From positions 12,772,001 to 12,836,000 of the forward strand of contig OZ116698.1 of the NCBI GenBank assembly GCA_964199315.1: a DNA stretch of 64,000 nt, given 5' to 3'. Under the pieces are notes generated by a model. The model had not been told where the DNA came from. It worked only from the letters and a program-made list of their open reading frames with translations, and did no database searches. Positions 14,601-26,430 of the stretch are shown here, one piece after another (the stretch's first letter is position 1; each line of letters starts with the position of its first letter). The position numbers were made by a program, and so were the translations under genes. This DNA is from Orbicella franksi. Its lineage: Eukaryota.

Positions 14601-17600
14601 AGTTTGGACGAAGTACTCAGTGAATTATATATCTATCATAATTGCAAATTCTTCAAGTTCTTCCTATTTTTTTATTCCTTTTCTTTGTGTTTCTCTCTAA
14701 CCTCCTTTACCGTAACATCCATTCGCATTATTATTTGCCATAATTGGCTTGAGACAATCCGAAACCATGTATGGTTCACAGAGAAAACTTACCATGATTC
14801 TGTCAAATGAGTTATTCATCATCGCGATCAGCATGTTTAAAGCTACGATGACGGTGCACACCACGTGGGCAATCATGAAAATGCGACCAAATGTGGACGA
14901 GAGTGTAAAGGCGGGATCTTCAACTGAGATTTTGTCTTCCTCCACGAGGCCAAGTAACAGCCAAAACATTCCAATGAAAGTGTCAAGGTGCCTAGAAGGA
15001 GCGATCCATAATAAATTTTAACCCACTCAGTGGTTAAATTCTGTTCAGTCGACACTATCATTTTGTTAAAATTAATGCAATATCTTTTGTTATACGTACT
15101 TGCCATAGGGATGAGACGCCTTGTAGCCCTGACTGTCGTTCAATTCTCCTAGTTTGATCTGCGAAGCAACATAGTACGAGTATATCTTTACCACCCCAGT
15201 AGCAAATGCAATGTAGAGGAGTAGAAAGATGGCGAGAAACTTGAGGACATCTTTCAGCATTTTGTAAAGCGATAGCTGCAAAGGACCCAACACTGAGTTG
15301 ACTTGGAAAGCGTGGGCTAAGTGGAAAAAGGCCATCACCGTGGCGCTGGCGTAGATGGTATCCGCCACGATAAATGCAGATTTTCTGGGCTTCCACTCTC
15401 CGTAATACCCCCATGCACTCAGTCACACTGTGTAAGCCAGAAGAAACGAAAAGACGATCAAGGTGTCTATGACATTCCACCATTTAGAAAAGTAAATGAA
15501 GAATCCTTGTCTGCTGGCCTCCAAGGCTTCCTGCAGGAATAGGCCCACAACAAAGGCAAGCACCGCATAGTCTGAGAATAAAATTCAAACAGAGAACGAT
15601 TTTGGCCCTTCGGGAGAATTGGTTCCTGGAATGTTAAAGCACTTTGTACCGAATCTAATTGTTATTATTGCAAACGCCCGGCTAAGTCCGGGTTATCAGT
15701 TAATTTATAAAATGTTACTAGCACGCTGACCAATGTCTAGACTGTTAGTACATAGTGTCAAGAACTGAGCGAGAATGCTATTACAGTGTGGCAACCATGG
15801 GAGAACAAATATAAGCCTAATAAAGTCTGACCATTTAGGTCTACCAGCAAAAGTCCAGGACAACGGGTAGGACGTAGAAAATGTACTGAGTATCTTTACA
15901 TTAGGATTATTTGCAAAACGTGGAGATTCTTACTAAAATAGGTATTTTCAGTGAAGTAGAATTATTATGCGTGCACTTAAAGTGCCTCTAGTTTCCTTGA
16001 ATGCAATAATGTACAACTTTGCTTGAGTATGGGCCTTATGCTTCAAGGTGACTGATCAATGAAAAAAAAAAAAACGTTCAGGCAACTGAATGGCATAATT
16101 TCTAGGCCATCAGTGAGTGGTCGTTACTCTGCTAAATATCTAGTGGACTTGCAGCCCCCAACCGTGGCTACACTGACCTTCAGAAGAGAAACTTACCAAT
16201 CCAAGCCAGGCCTGTTTTAGTTGTTCCAATCTCCTCCTGAAACGATGAGGCGAACACCAGGCTTAGGAATAGCACATAAGACATAGTGTGGTTGATGAAC
16301 TTGGAGTAGGGATGTTCGTATAACTTCCTAAACTTCCAGCAGCAGACATCTTTAAATTTGCTACAGCTGCGTAGCCGTACCACTCGAACAGGAATGTAAA
16401 AGATGCAGGTAACTGCGACGAGGAGAAACTGAATAAGGAACCACGAGGCCTTCCTGACTATGCCTCGATCTTGCCAATTTCGCCATCCACGATAAACGAT
16501 CTCGTTGAGAACATATTGGCAATTGGGGCTCGCCACAAACTGAAAATGAAAAGAATTGAAATCATCAATTGCCAAACAGCGTTAAATTAATTATAAATAG
16601 AACTGATTGTTAATAACATAAACCACTAATTTCTATTCCTTACTCTACAAATCTCGTACTGCCAGTTTATTCATCTGGATTGCCCCTAATTTCTTTCAGC
16701 ACATATGAGGTATTAGCTTACTGAGATCATTTCCAAGAACTCACAATACATTTGCATCGTGCATTGTCAACTGATCCTTTACAATTTGTGAAATTGGAGC
16801 CTGATGTCTTCTGCACATATGCTGAGGTATTTCCTCACTGAGATCATTTCCTAGAACTCACAATATATTTGCATTTCTAATTAATCCTGCGCAATTTGTG
16901 AAATGGTCTATAAGAATATGAGGTAAATATGACGAAACGCGATATTTCTCCATCCAAGCGTATAGCGAAAGCGAATTCTGAAAGCGAACAGAATTTTAGT
17001 GGTTAATTACAAACAGGCCTAGAAAATAAAAATTAGAGTAAAAGAAGCGTTGACTGATTGCAACAATGGAGCCGAATAAGAATAATTATGATTTTTCTAC
17101 TCAATCCAAGGCGAGGGTTTTCTGAAATGCTATTATTCATGTCTGGCTTAAACACCGGAAACAACGCAAAAAACTAGGTGAGTTCAGTTGTAAAGAAGGA
17201 ACATATGGAAGTCGACTCACTACTCACAGTCACAGGAAAATTCTTTTAACCTGATAATATGCAGTCTCAAAAGTGATAAAACTTCATAAAAGCATATACC
17301 AACCCTTTTCCGTTGTTTATCAGCAGCCAGCTTGAGGAGACTAAGACTCTGATTAAAATTTGCGGGCGTTTTGTTCAGTAAAGAGCCATTTCCTTCGATG
17401 TCCATGATTTCGTGAAGCTGGTTTAAATCTGAAGTGCCTACTTGCTCCACGATATCAGCAGCAAACGTCTCATATTCCTCAGCTCGACGCTTGTATTCAT
17501 CTCGGCTGTAATAGTGCTCATACGAGGCGATTTTCTCCAGAAGATAGGCGTCATCCAAGGCAGCTTCAATGATGTCTGCAAACTTGCTTTCTTTACGTCT

Positions 17601-18155
17601 TATTCCTTTATCGTACTGGGAATTGGGATTATTCCTCCACAACCATTCCAGACTGATGTACAGTGGATTGCTAAGAATTTCGATCCATCTCCGTTCTTTT
17701 TCGCTTCTCATTTCTGCCTCCTCTTCGAGGTCGCCTAGACCTTCATCGCACTGGACAATCCAGCATAACATATAGCAGCATGAGTTCTTTATTGTTTTGC
17801 ACAGTTTCTTGCAATCCCAACTGCACTTGACATGACATCCATTTTCTTTGTTGCTCTCCCTCTCAGCGATGATTGTGCAGACCTCATTTATATTTTCAAG
17901 TGTCTTGTTGCTATCGGTCTCGTTGATCTTGGCTATGAGTTTCCAAACTTCAACGACATCGCTCTGTGCGAGAGCGTCTTCAAGTTGCTTTGAAGGCTCG
18001 TTCTGAGAATCCCTCCCGTTTTCAGCCGTTCTAGTTAAAGGCAACAAGAAATTGTCTATCTCCTCCTTTGTTCCTGTCTGTACTAGTTCCAAAAATGTTT
18101 CGATGGTGTCACTGGTTTTTGCGTCTTGATTTGCTAGGGAAACTTCTTGCGCCAT
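11654..18155 (-). pseudogene. TRPC-like (short transient receptor potential) cation channel gene with one in-frame premature TGA; null allele, pseudogene or base error
   Basis: Exons (minus) 18155-17304, 16539-16197, 15571-15100, 14991-14793, 14461-14297, 13480-13442, 12979-12944, 12810-12715, 11773-11654 total 2322 nt (774 codons) and are phase-consistent. Motifs: LSLLKLAADKQRKRFVASPNCQ, WWNVID, LGPLQLSLYKMLKDVLKF, MFWLLLG (pore), LNMLIAMMNNSF, TRP box EWKFSR, PVPFNIL, and the coiled-coil-like MTTLVVKY. TGA at 15423-15425 is in frame. The three small 3' exons are less certain. Confidence 0.82.
13188..13315. other. Assembly gap (128 N) inside a TRPC-like intron
   Basis: Run of N. Confidence 0.99.
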
Positions 18156-19010
18156 ACTACTTTACAGACTGTTCGAGTATATGTCTTCTTTCTATTTTCC
18201 TGGAAAGGGACGTCGAAGCAATTAGATACTTAATCTCCAACTTGATCCACAGCTAAAAAAGCGGTTGGAAATTCCTATCTACTAACGGTGGTCACAGGCT
18301 AGCGTTGTGTGTGCGGCTTGTACGCCTCGCTACACTGACAACGGCGTCTTGGTAAACACATTGACAACAGTGCAATTTTTTCTACGTCATCTTAGCGTCC
18401 TGTGTAAGCAAACTTGATTATTCTTGGACGTCACGGTTAATTCTTAGTCACTGAAAATTCCATGCAAGCGAGAGCAGATACAATCAGTCATATTATGAAC
18501 GCGTTGGACATGTTTCTTGCTGAAACGTTATGTTATTAAAACAGGATAACAAGTTTACCTTCTTGCTCCAGACGAGATCTCGTACTCTATTAAATGTTCA
18601 GAACCCTTTCGAGCCGAGACAGAAATATGAAATTGCCTAAAACAGCTAAAGTACTAGTCTCTAGGTTTTTCCCGGAAAAAGGCGACTGTCACGATAATTT
18701 ATGCCCATTTATGTCACAGCTAAGGTCATGCATGGATGATAAATGTAAATTCTGGGAAATACATTTGCTCCCTCGCAGTCTACAACAACGGTGCTATTAT
18801 ATTAATGTGTGAGAATAGCTAGCCACTCGAGCTGCAGAACCGAGAGAATCTTTTCTAGAAAGATGAACCCATCAACGAACGAAACTACCGAAACGAAGGC
18901 GTGTAAATTCAATTTGGACTACCAGATTCCTATATCCATTCTGTTTGTCGTGACATTTGTGCTGTCCGTCGCCGAGAATATTTTAGTTTCCGTCGCCATT
19001 GTCGCCATTG

Positions 19011-21860
19011 TTTTGCCCAAGCTCCAATTAAGCTACAGTTTATAAGCTTCACTTGTTCTTGCGAGAAGACACTCTCGTCTTCCCAGACAAGGTGAGAGTT
19101 GGTACCTATAACTTACTTTTTACATTGTAGCAGTACTGTAGGAAGTTGTCTTTGCTATAATAAGCTCTTATTTCTTATACATCTATCACTGTACTTGAGA
19201 GTTGGGATATTTTGTTTTACGATATCGAAACATGTGAATTGTAGTTTTGATTATTTTTTGTTATTATAAATAATAATGAGAAATTAATATTGATCACTCT
19301 TACAAACACATGTACTGGTACCTTAGGAAGAGGAAAATGAGTGTAAACAATTTTATATGAAAGAAATATGTTCCTGTTCTGATTTAGTTATTTGTATTGT
19401 CTTAGTACAATAACACATATTATGGCATCAGTGCTATCAATACTGGAAGAACTGACATTAGCAAGCTTGAACAATATACCATGTGGAGAGAAGAGTCGTA
19501 AGTATTCACTCTACAAAGCAGTTTGGTCTTTTGGTATTTGAACACCTTACTGTATGTTTCCACTTGTAGTCAGTGTCAACTATTTTTGTACTAAGTAATG
19601 GTTTGCATTGTTCCATGCACAAACTACATGTATCTACAGCCCTTCTCAGACCTTCTCATCACTGCTCTGGAATGTCCAGTTTTCCCCACTGTCCTTTTTT
19701 AATGGCTGGTTGAAACCTCCTCCTCCCCCTTGGAATTTCTATTGGCCATCCTTGGAGTGGGTGGGTATGGATAAAAATACACTGTACATGAATCCTGGAG
19801 TTGCATAATTTATTATGAAACCATGCAGCCATGTACATGCTTTAAGTGAATCAATCTCAAAAATATCGTCATTATTAAAGAAATTGTAATCCAATAACAA
19901 CAATAATCTTTATTTTCCTTCTTTTTAAAATTTTAAAATCCTTGATTCCCTTCATGTTTTTCCTTGCTCGTCCTCTTGTTTCATAAAAACTTTGCATCAC
20001 TATATCTTGCTGCAACTTGAAGCTGCATGGTAACTTACATAATATTTGCCATTTGTTTGTTGTTCCTAAAGACCAACCCATTTTCCCTCTTCAATTTCAG
20101 TCATTTAACATGGTGGGGTGACAACTATACAAACATGATTAATGGAACAGGTACATGTATTTTGCACATTCATAATTAACCAATTTATGGTATGAGCAAT
20201 AGGCTTTAGTTTGGATTGTTTTCTATTAACTTGAAGGAATGCTAAATGAAAAAGTTGCAGTAGAGATGTTTCACTAATTTTGTTCTATATTTGCAGACGG
20301 TACTCAGTTCTCACCAGGTGTTACTAAAAAAGACACACTTTACGCTTTCTCCCCCGAAGTTTGCAGGTAAAAAATATCTTGAGCACAACCTCTAACTTTT
20401 CCAGTGTACACGTGGGTGATCATATAAGCTCTATAGGTCATTGGTATCAACACTTACTTTAGTTTCTATGCCATGAAGCCAGCAATTGTATTGGATGCCA
20501 GTCCATCGCAAGTTAATTACCCCAACAAATTTTATACAATTGTTCTAAGTTGCCAATTTACCAGTGCTTTGTCTCTTCCTGGCTGCATAAAAAGCACTGT
20601 GAGAGTAAAGTATCTTGTCCAAGACCACGACATACTTAATAAGCCTTGCCAGCCCCTGAACCCAGATATCTGGATGTGATTCAGTAGAGTATACAGTGTG
20701 TATTTGTTATGTTTCGAATTGAGTTTGAGGCTGATAAGTCTATCGCACAAGTTTTGGTGATTTTGAAGTGAAAAAAAATAATAATAAAAGCAAAATTGAT
20801 ACAAAACGAAAAAAAGTGATAGTGATAAGCCTTTTCAGTTGTACTGCATCAGCGGGAAGGTGACGCAATCAGTCTATGTTTCGAGCGCTAAGGCCGGCAC
20901 AGGGAACATGTTGCGGGGCGTTGAAGCGGGGACTGACAATAAGCCCCCTCGTGTGTACCCGTAGGACGCATGTTGCAGGGACAGCACGCAAGCTGGTGCA
21001 CCCGAAGCGGATCGCTTAATGGCTATGTTGTAGCGGGACAGTTTGCAATAGCAGTGCACACGATTGTGACATGTAAAATTCAGTTGAGGTCATTTTGTCC
21101 TTGCTTCCTGACTCACTAATTCAAGCCGTTTCAGTTTCATGCAGCATGTTGCGGGGACAACAACAGAACTTGTCGTCCCCGCAACAAAACTTTTTGCAAA
21201 AGCTGGCATGTCACTCGAGGAAAACTGTCGCTGCAACTGACGTGTCCCTAAGTGTGTACCTTCAGCTCATCATCGGAGAGAAATGGCTCTTTACGTAACA
21301 TGAGGTATTTTCATTTCATCCTACAGATCTTTCTATTTTGTGTACGAGTCAGAAGTCACTTTTAGGGACATTAAACTGTACCGCTTCACGGGTCCAGATG
21401 AACTTTACCTAAGCGGTGACCTGTATCCTCCTAACAAAGGCTTCTGTGTACCTAAGTGCCTACCAACTGGTTTGCTAAATATCAGCCGTTGCCAGCCATT
21501 AAGTAAGTGAAGTTGACCTTTCAGATTCGACTTCAGAGTACCGTAAGTTCTTGTTATATTGAGCCTTACAAATCCTGGACTTACCTTTTGTTGGAAAGAC
21601 CTTCTTGGATAGGCTTATTTACGGGGAGTGTGGAGGGGTCTTAATTTTGAAAGCAACGTCTCCCAAGAGGTAACTATGTTGTCTTTCAGTTAAAACGATA
21701 TGGAATTCTCATAATATGAACATCAAAAGTCTTTGAAAACACTATTATGTCAAAAGGTTCAAAACTGCCGCTCGTAGTAGAAGAGAAGAAAGAAGAAGAG
21801 AGAATTTCTTTGTTATTTGAAAGCTCAATGTGAATATGAGGAGCTCATTATCGCAATTTT
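19011..21860 (+). repeat. Second copy of 457-3326 containing four SCARB2-like exons (19406-19497, 20101-20150, 20297-20366, 21327-21502); partial duplication or second haplotype
   Basis: Colinear, highly similar sequence from ttttgcccaagctcc up to the gap. Splice sites are intact. The flanking SCARB2-like exons are absent on both sides. Confidence 0.9.
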
Positions 21861-22060
21861 NNNNNNNNNNNNNNNNNNNNNNNNNNNNNNNNNNNNNNNN
21901 NNNNNNNNNNNNNNNNNNNNNNNNNNNNNNNNNNNNNNNNNNNNNNNNNNNNNNNNNNNNNNNNNNNNNNNNNNNNNNNNNNNNNNNNNNNNNNNNNNNN
22001 NNNNNNNNNNNNNNNNNNNNNNNNNNNNNNNNNNNNNNNNNNNNNNNNNNNNNNNNNNNN
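21861..22060. other. Assembly gap (200 N)
   Basis: Run of N. Confidence 0.99.
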
Positions 22061-23196
22061 TCGCTGGTTTTTGCTTTGTTTTCGAGTTAAAACGTAGGCA
22101 AAAAACTTGGCTTTTCCTAGCCATGTCTTTAGGAGTTTATTTGTTGAACAGCAAACAGGCAGACTGTTTATAGTGTATGAAGTCAAAACCAAATCCCACA
22201 GCATATAGAGCGGAAATCTGGGAACGGATTGTTTACACCGGTTATTGTGACGTGAACACAACACGTGAATCGATCGAGCGTCAAACGAAATGCCGTCAAA
22301 CAAAAAAGAGATGTGCCGCATTAGAGCTCTGTCAACTAATATCTTAAGCATTGTTTTAAAGTACCTTGTGTGCCTACCTGGTGGTTGAGAGGCATCATAA
22401 AGCCTCGATAAACCCGTAAGTCATCAGCACGTTTTAAAGAATCAAAATGTGTTCTGAAACTTCGAAGGCAGCTGATATACCGTAATCGTGTTATCGGCGT
22501 TCGAAGTCAGATCGAGCCAGGTAGCAAAGTCCAAGAGCAGTTCTTGCCCAAGAAAAATACCCTCTGGTGAGTTGTGGCCCATTTGCCAAGCGTTGCTAGC
22601 GTCAAAGTTTGGAAAGCGAGAACTGGTTTTAGAGTGATAAAATTTGTCTTGTATCGACCGCCATGTCTTCCCGCGCACGAGGTGTAAAGACCCTTCCCGG
22701 CATGCATTGCGATTACGTTCTGCGGACGTTTCTCGAACTGGTAACTAGATTTAAACATAATAATGGCCAGCAAGTGGCGATCGATTGTAACAGATCTGTG
22801 ATCCAGTTTGCGTTGATTTTATTTCAAATCGGCATGATTTGTAGTGTTTTGAGCTTCTGGGATCAGGGGACATGCAGATGTATGGAGACCCGTACGTTGC
22901 GCAGAAGGGTTAATCTGTTAATCTGTCAGCCCTATTTATCGAGCGTTTTCACGTGGAGTCATCAAATTCTTAAATCCAAAACTAAACAGCCGCCAAAGTT
23001 GTTATCCTCATCAGGCATAAGAGGTACCAGCGCATTTTGAACTTGGAAGTTATGGCGGTGCGTGACATCAAGCTACGATCGCGTTTGTCGAAAACTATGT
23101 TTTATCTCGTGATTTTTTAGCCATTGAAGACGTTGCCGTATTTGAAAAAGTGTTTATTGAAATGTTTATTTGTTTCATTTTATTTTTATTTACACC

Positions 23197-23905
23197 CTTT
23201 TTTGACCTGAAATCAGCATTTTTGAGCTTATACGTTGCGTGAAATTACCATTTTCAGGAGCCCATCATGGGCTCCTACCATTTTGCTGTTTTCTAAGTGA
23301 AACCAACATCCTTGCCGTCACGCGTTAACGTCAAATTAACATTTTAACCTATTTAGACCTAAAATCAACATCATCGAGCTTATGCGCTGCGTAAAATTGA
23401 CATTTTGCTGGTTTCTAAGTGAAACCAACATCCTTGCCGTCACGCGTCAACGTGAAATCAACATTTAAACCTTTTTTGACCTAAAAGCAACATTTTTGAG
23501 CTTATACGTTGCGTGGAATTGACATTTTGCTGGTTTCTAAGAGAAATCAACCTCCTTGCCGTCACGCGTTAACGCGAAATCAACATTTTAACCTATTTAG
23601 ACCTGAAATCAACATCATTGAGCTTATGCGCTGCGTGAAATTGACATTTTGCTGGTTTCTAAGTGAAACCAATATCCTTGCCGTCACGCGTTAACGCGAA
23701 ATCAACATTTTAACCTATTTAGACCTGAAATCAACATCATTGAGCTTATGCGCTGCGTGAAATTGACATTTTGCTGGTCTCTAAGTGAAACCAACATCCT
23801 TGCCGACACGCGTTAACGTGAAATCAACATTTAAACCTTTTTTGACCTAAAATCAACATTTTTGAGCTTATACGTTGCGTGAAATTGACATTTTGCTGCT
23901 TTCTA
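23197..23905. repeat. Tandem array of a 122-bp unit (~6 copies, two sequence variants)
   Basis: gacct anchors at 23356, 23478, 23600, 23722 and 23844 are exactly 122 bp apart. Variant A is tttttgacc..catttttgagcttatacgttgcg; variant B is tatttagacc..catcattgagcttatgcgctgcg. Confidence 0.9.
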
Positions 23906-24740
23906 AGTGAGATCAAAGTCCCTGCGGTCGCGGCCGGCCGATCCTTTGTTATGATAAACCGAGGCGAGACTTCGACTTATAACAAAGGCTTGGCTTGGTT
24001 ATTATAACAAAGGATCGGCTCTGTTTATCATAACAAAGGCCCGGCTTCGTTTATTTGCAGCCTCGGCGGGAAAAGGGCGTTAGGTATTTTAATCAAAAGT
24101 GAACTTTGTCGAAAACGCTCCAAATTTCGCATAGAGTTTTGTTTAGGTATGTTTAGCAATGTCCCGTAGTTTTTGCGCTAAACCTTGCTTCGTTTTCAGG
24201 ATATTGCGTATGCAAAAAAACCACTCGGTTTTCCTATCGGCGTCTTTATAAAGCGAAGCAAAAACCAGCGGCAAAAATACAGGAACACGTTTTTCTATTA
24301 CATTGAAGACCACATGCAAAAATTCAGCTAATTTGGAGCAAGAAAAAAGAAAAGCAACCAAAATCGTCACTTATCCCCTTTTATGACTAGCTTCTTCAAT
24401 TGCTCATGAAGATAAGTGGGCTTTAGCTTTTTCTTTAAAATCGTAAATTGATCATACAGCATTTCTCTTAGCATTCTCTTCTACCCATCGTAAATGTACT
24501 ATGTTTATTTCCATCAAACAATCCCATTGATGTTTGCACCGATGCTTTCAGTCCAGATGTCACTCTTTGTGAAACTGAGCTACCGCTGTGATATGATACC
24601 AAGTAAAGAGAGGTCAAAAAAGGCATGGGAGTTAAGGTCTAAGGTTCAGTTAATTCAGAAGTGAGTTTTCATGATGTCAATTGTGAGCCTTTTTGAAAAA
24701 GGAACATTCATTATAAAAATGTACCTTTGAGATTTTTGTC

Positions 24741-25648
24741 CAGTGCATGACATTTGCAGACTGCAGACTACAGGTCTACCGCAGACCGCAGACCGCACAC
24801 CGCACACCGCACACCGCACACCGCAGGCCACAGACGACAGACTGCAGACTGACAGGGGAAATTCTCACAACAGCATCATCATCAACAATATAATTCCCCG
24901 CACATACATACTTACACACTTTATTGGCTCGTTCCCACGGGGCTTTTCAGAGTCAGTGTTACATTAAAAAAATTTTAAAACGCAGAGAGCTAAACACATG
25001 ACGATGATAACGTAAAAAAATAGACATAATGGTATCAGCCTCATTCCCAAGATTCTGTGAGCTCTCTTCTCCTGGCATTTCATAATGGTGAACTTACTTT
25101 GGTGTGACCAATAAAACAAACGTCATGAATTGCCAATACATTACTTCTCTCTTAATAATACTATAGTACTGTGAATACTGTGTGTAATTAGTTGAAAGCA
25201 GTGTTTGAACCTTAATTATCCCAAATTGTACATGTAACGCAAGTAATCACTATTTAGCACCTCGCTAGACAGTGCTTGTTTCCACTTTTTCACACCTGTG
25301 TTCTTAAGCCACAAACAACTACAGCAGAAACCTTGCTGATACCATTCAAATTATGTTGTTTTTAGCAAGTTTACTAGGGGAACATTCTGAGGTGAGGTAA
25401 AGAAGGTATGCTCAGCAACTGTACTGTGGCCAAATTAGGGAATTTGGAAAAGGAATAAAAAATGGTAAGAGCCATTCTTCTTGGTTAGCCCTGTTTAATC
25501 GGAAAATGTCGTTCCGTTTTCCTCCTGTATTCCCATTAATCTCTGACCGGTCGGTTGGGCATAATGGAAAGCACCCTATTTCAGTGTTAAGTCAATTTAC
25601 AGTCTGCAGTCTGCGGTCTGCGGTCTGCAGTCTGCAAATGTCATACTG
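24741..25648. mobile_element. MITE-like element with 7-bp subterminal tandem repeats (cagac(c/t)g)
   Basis: Inverted ends cagtgcatgacatttgcagactgcagac and gtctgcagtctgcaaatgtcatactg. The flanks atttttgtc / attttttgtc resemble a 9-10 bp TSD. Confidence 0.7.
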
Positions 25649-25689
25649 ATTTTTTGTCTAACTGTCCACAGAATTTCAGAACTTCTTAC

Positions 25690-26129
25690 CTGCTTACTTG
25701 CTGAGATACTGCCCCTGATTCCAATACCACCGACCAGAACTCGTAAGTTCTTGTATATACTGCAAAACATACCAACATTTCAGTTACTATGCACCCACCC
25801 AACCGGCAATTAATACACTCGTCTCCGGTTCTACAAAATGTAGTTTGTCCTATATAAAGGAAAGTATGATAAATGAACAGTGTCAGGCTATAAATCATGC
25901 CTATAAATCATGCCAAAAGGCATTATAAAGTTTAATTCTCACAATTTTTCTTCATTTCTTCGAGAAATGACTTGTCCACATAGTTGTCTGGGACACCTTG
26001 GTCTTCGTAAAGCACTTTTTTCCATGGCTTTTTCCATTTCATTTGAGCTGAAAGAAAGTCATCATCCTTTCCAGTGTCAGTAATCATGGCTTGTAGAACA
26101 GCAAACCAAATCGGAGGGCTGTCCGCCAT
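25690..26129 (-). CDS. PIGC: Phosphatidylinositol N-acetylglucosaminyltransferase subunit C (PIG-C/GPI2); only first two coding exons recognisable
   Basis: Exons 26129-25943 and 25759-25690 give ..[51 protein letters not shown], matching the conserved PIG-C N-terminus ([35 protein letters not shown]..QQ). Downstream exons were not found. Confidence 0.85.
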
Positions 26130-26430
26130 ATTGGAATTGAGGAACATTTAGGAAAACTATATGATGCGTACATAACGGAGTGTTTGATCATGTTGCTTAC
26201 GGTACCTCTACAGACTGTAGGCTCCAATCTATAATTAGAAGTCTCAGTGATGAGTGTGATTTCACTGTGGCAGAGTTTCTAGGACGTGTTGTTGGCTTTT
26301 TGCAGTGAAATAACTTACACCTCACCTCAAGTATCATAGAAGGATACAGAAGAATTTCAGTTCTGGAAAGAAGTCAATATTCTGTGATTTCGAAGCAACA
26401 GTACTTCCGCTTTGTTATTACTCGGCCAAG
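26130..26430. promoter_or_regulatory. Probable bidirectional promoter between PIG-C and the CARD/DD gene
   Basis: Divergent ATGs lie only 301 bp apart. An ETS-like ACTTCCGC occurs just upstream of the + strand ATG (~26403). Confidence 0.6.

Noticed and set aside
15423-15425. Selenocysteine recoding of the TRP TGA
   Set aside because: The position fits Trp in a TM helix, TRP channels are not known selenoproteins, and I could not identify a SECIS.
21817-22351. ORFs of 86-167 aa in the track
   Set aside because: They are open only because they run through the N gap.
22442-22773. Minus-strand ORFs as missing PIG-C exons
   Set aside because: No PIG-C motifs or TM pattern, and no convincing splice sites.
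23197-23905. CRISPR-like regularly spaced repeats
   Set aside because: Whole 122-bp units repeat with no unique spacers, no cas genes are present, and the context is eukaryotic.
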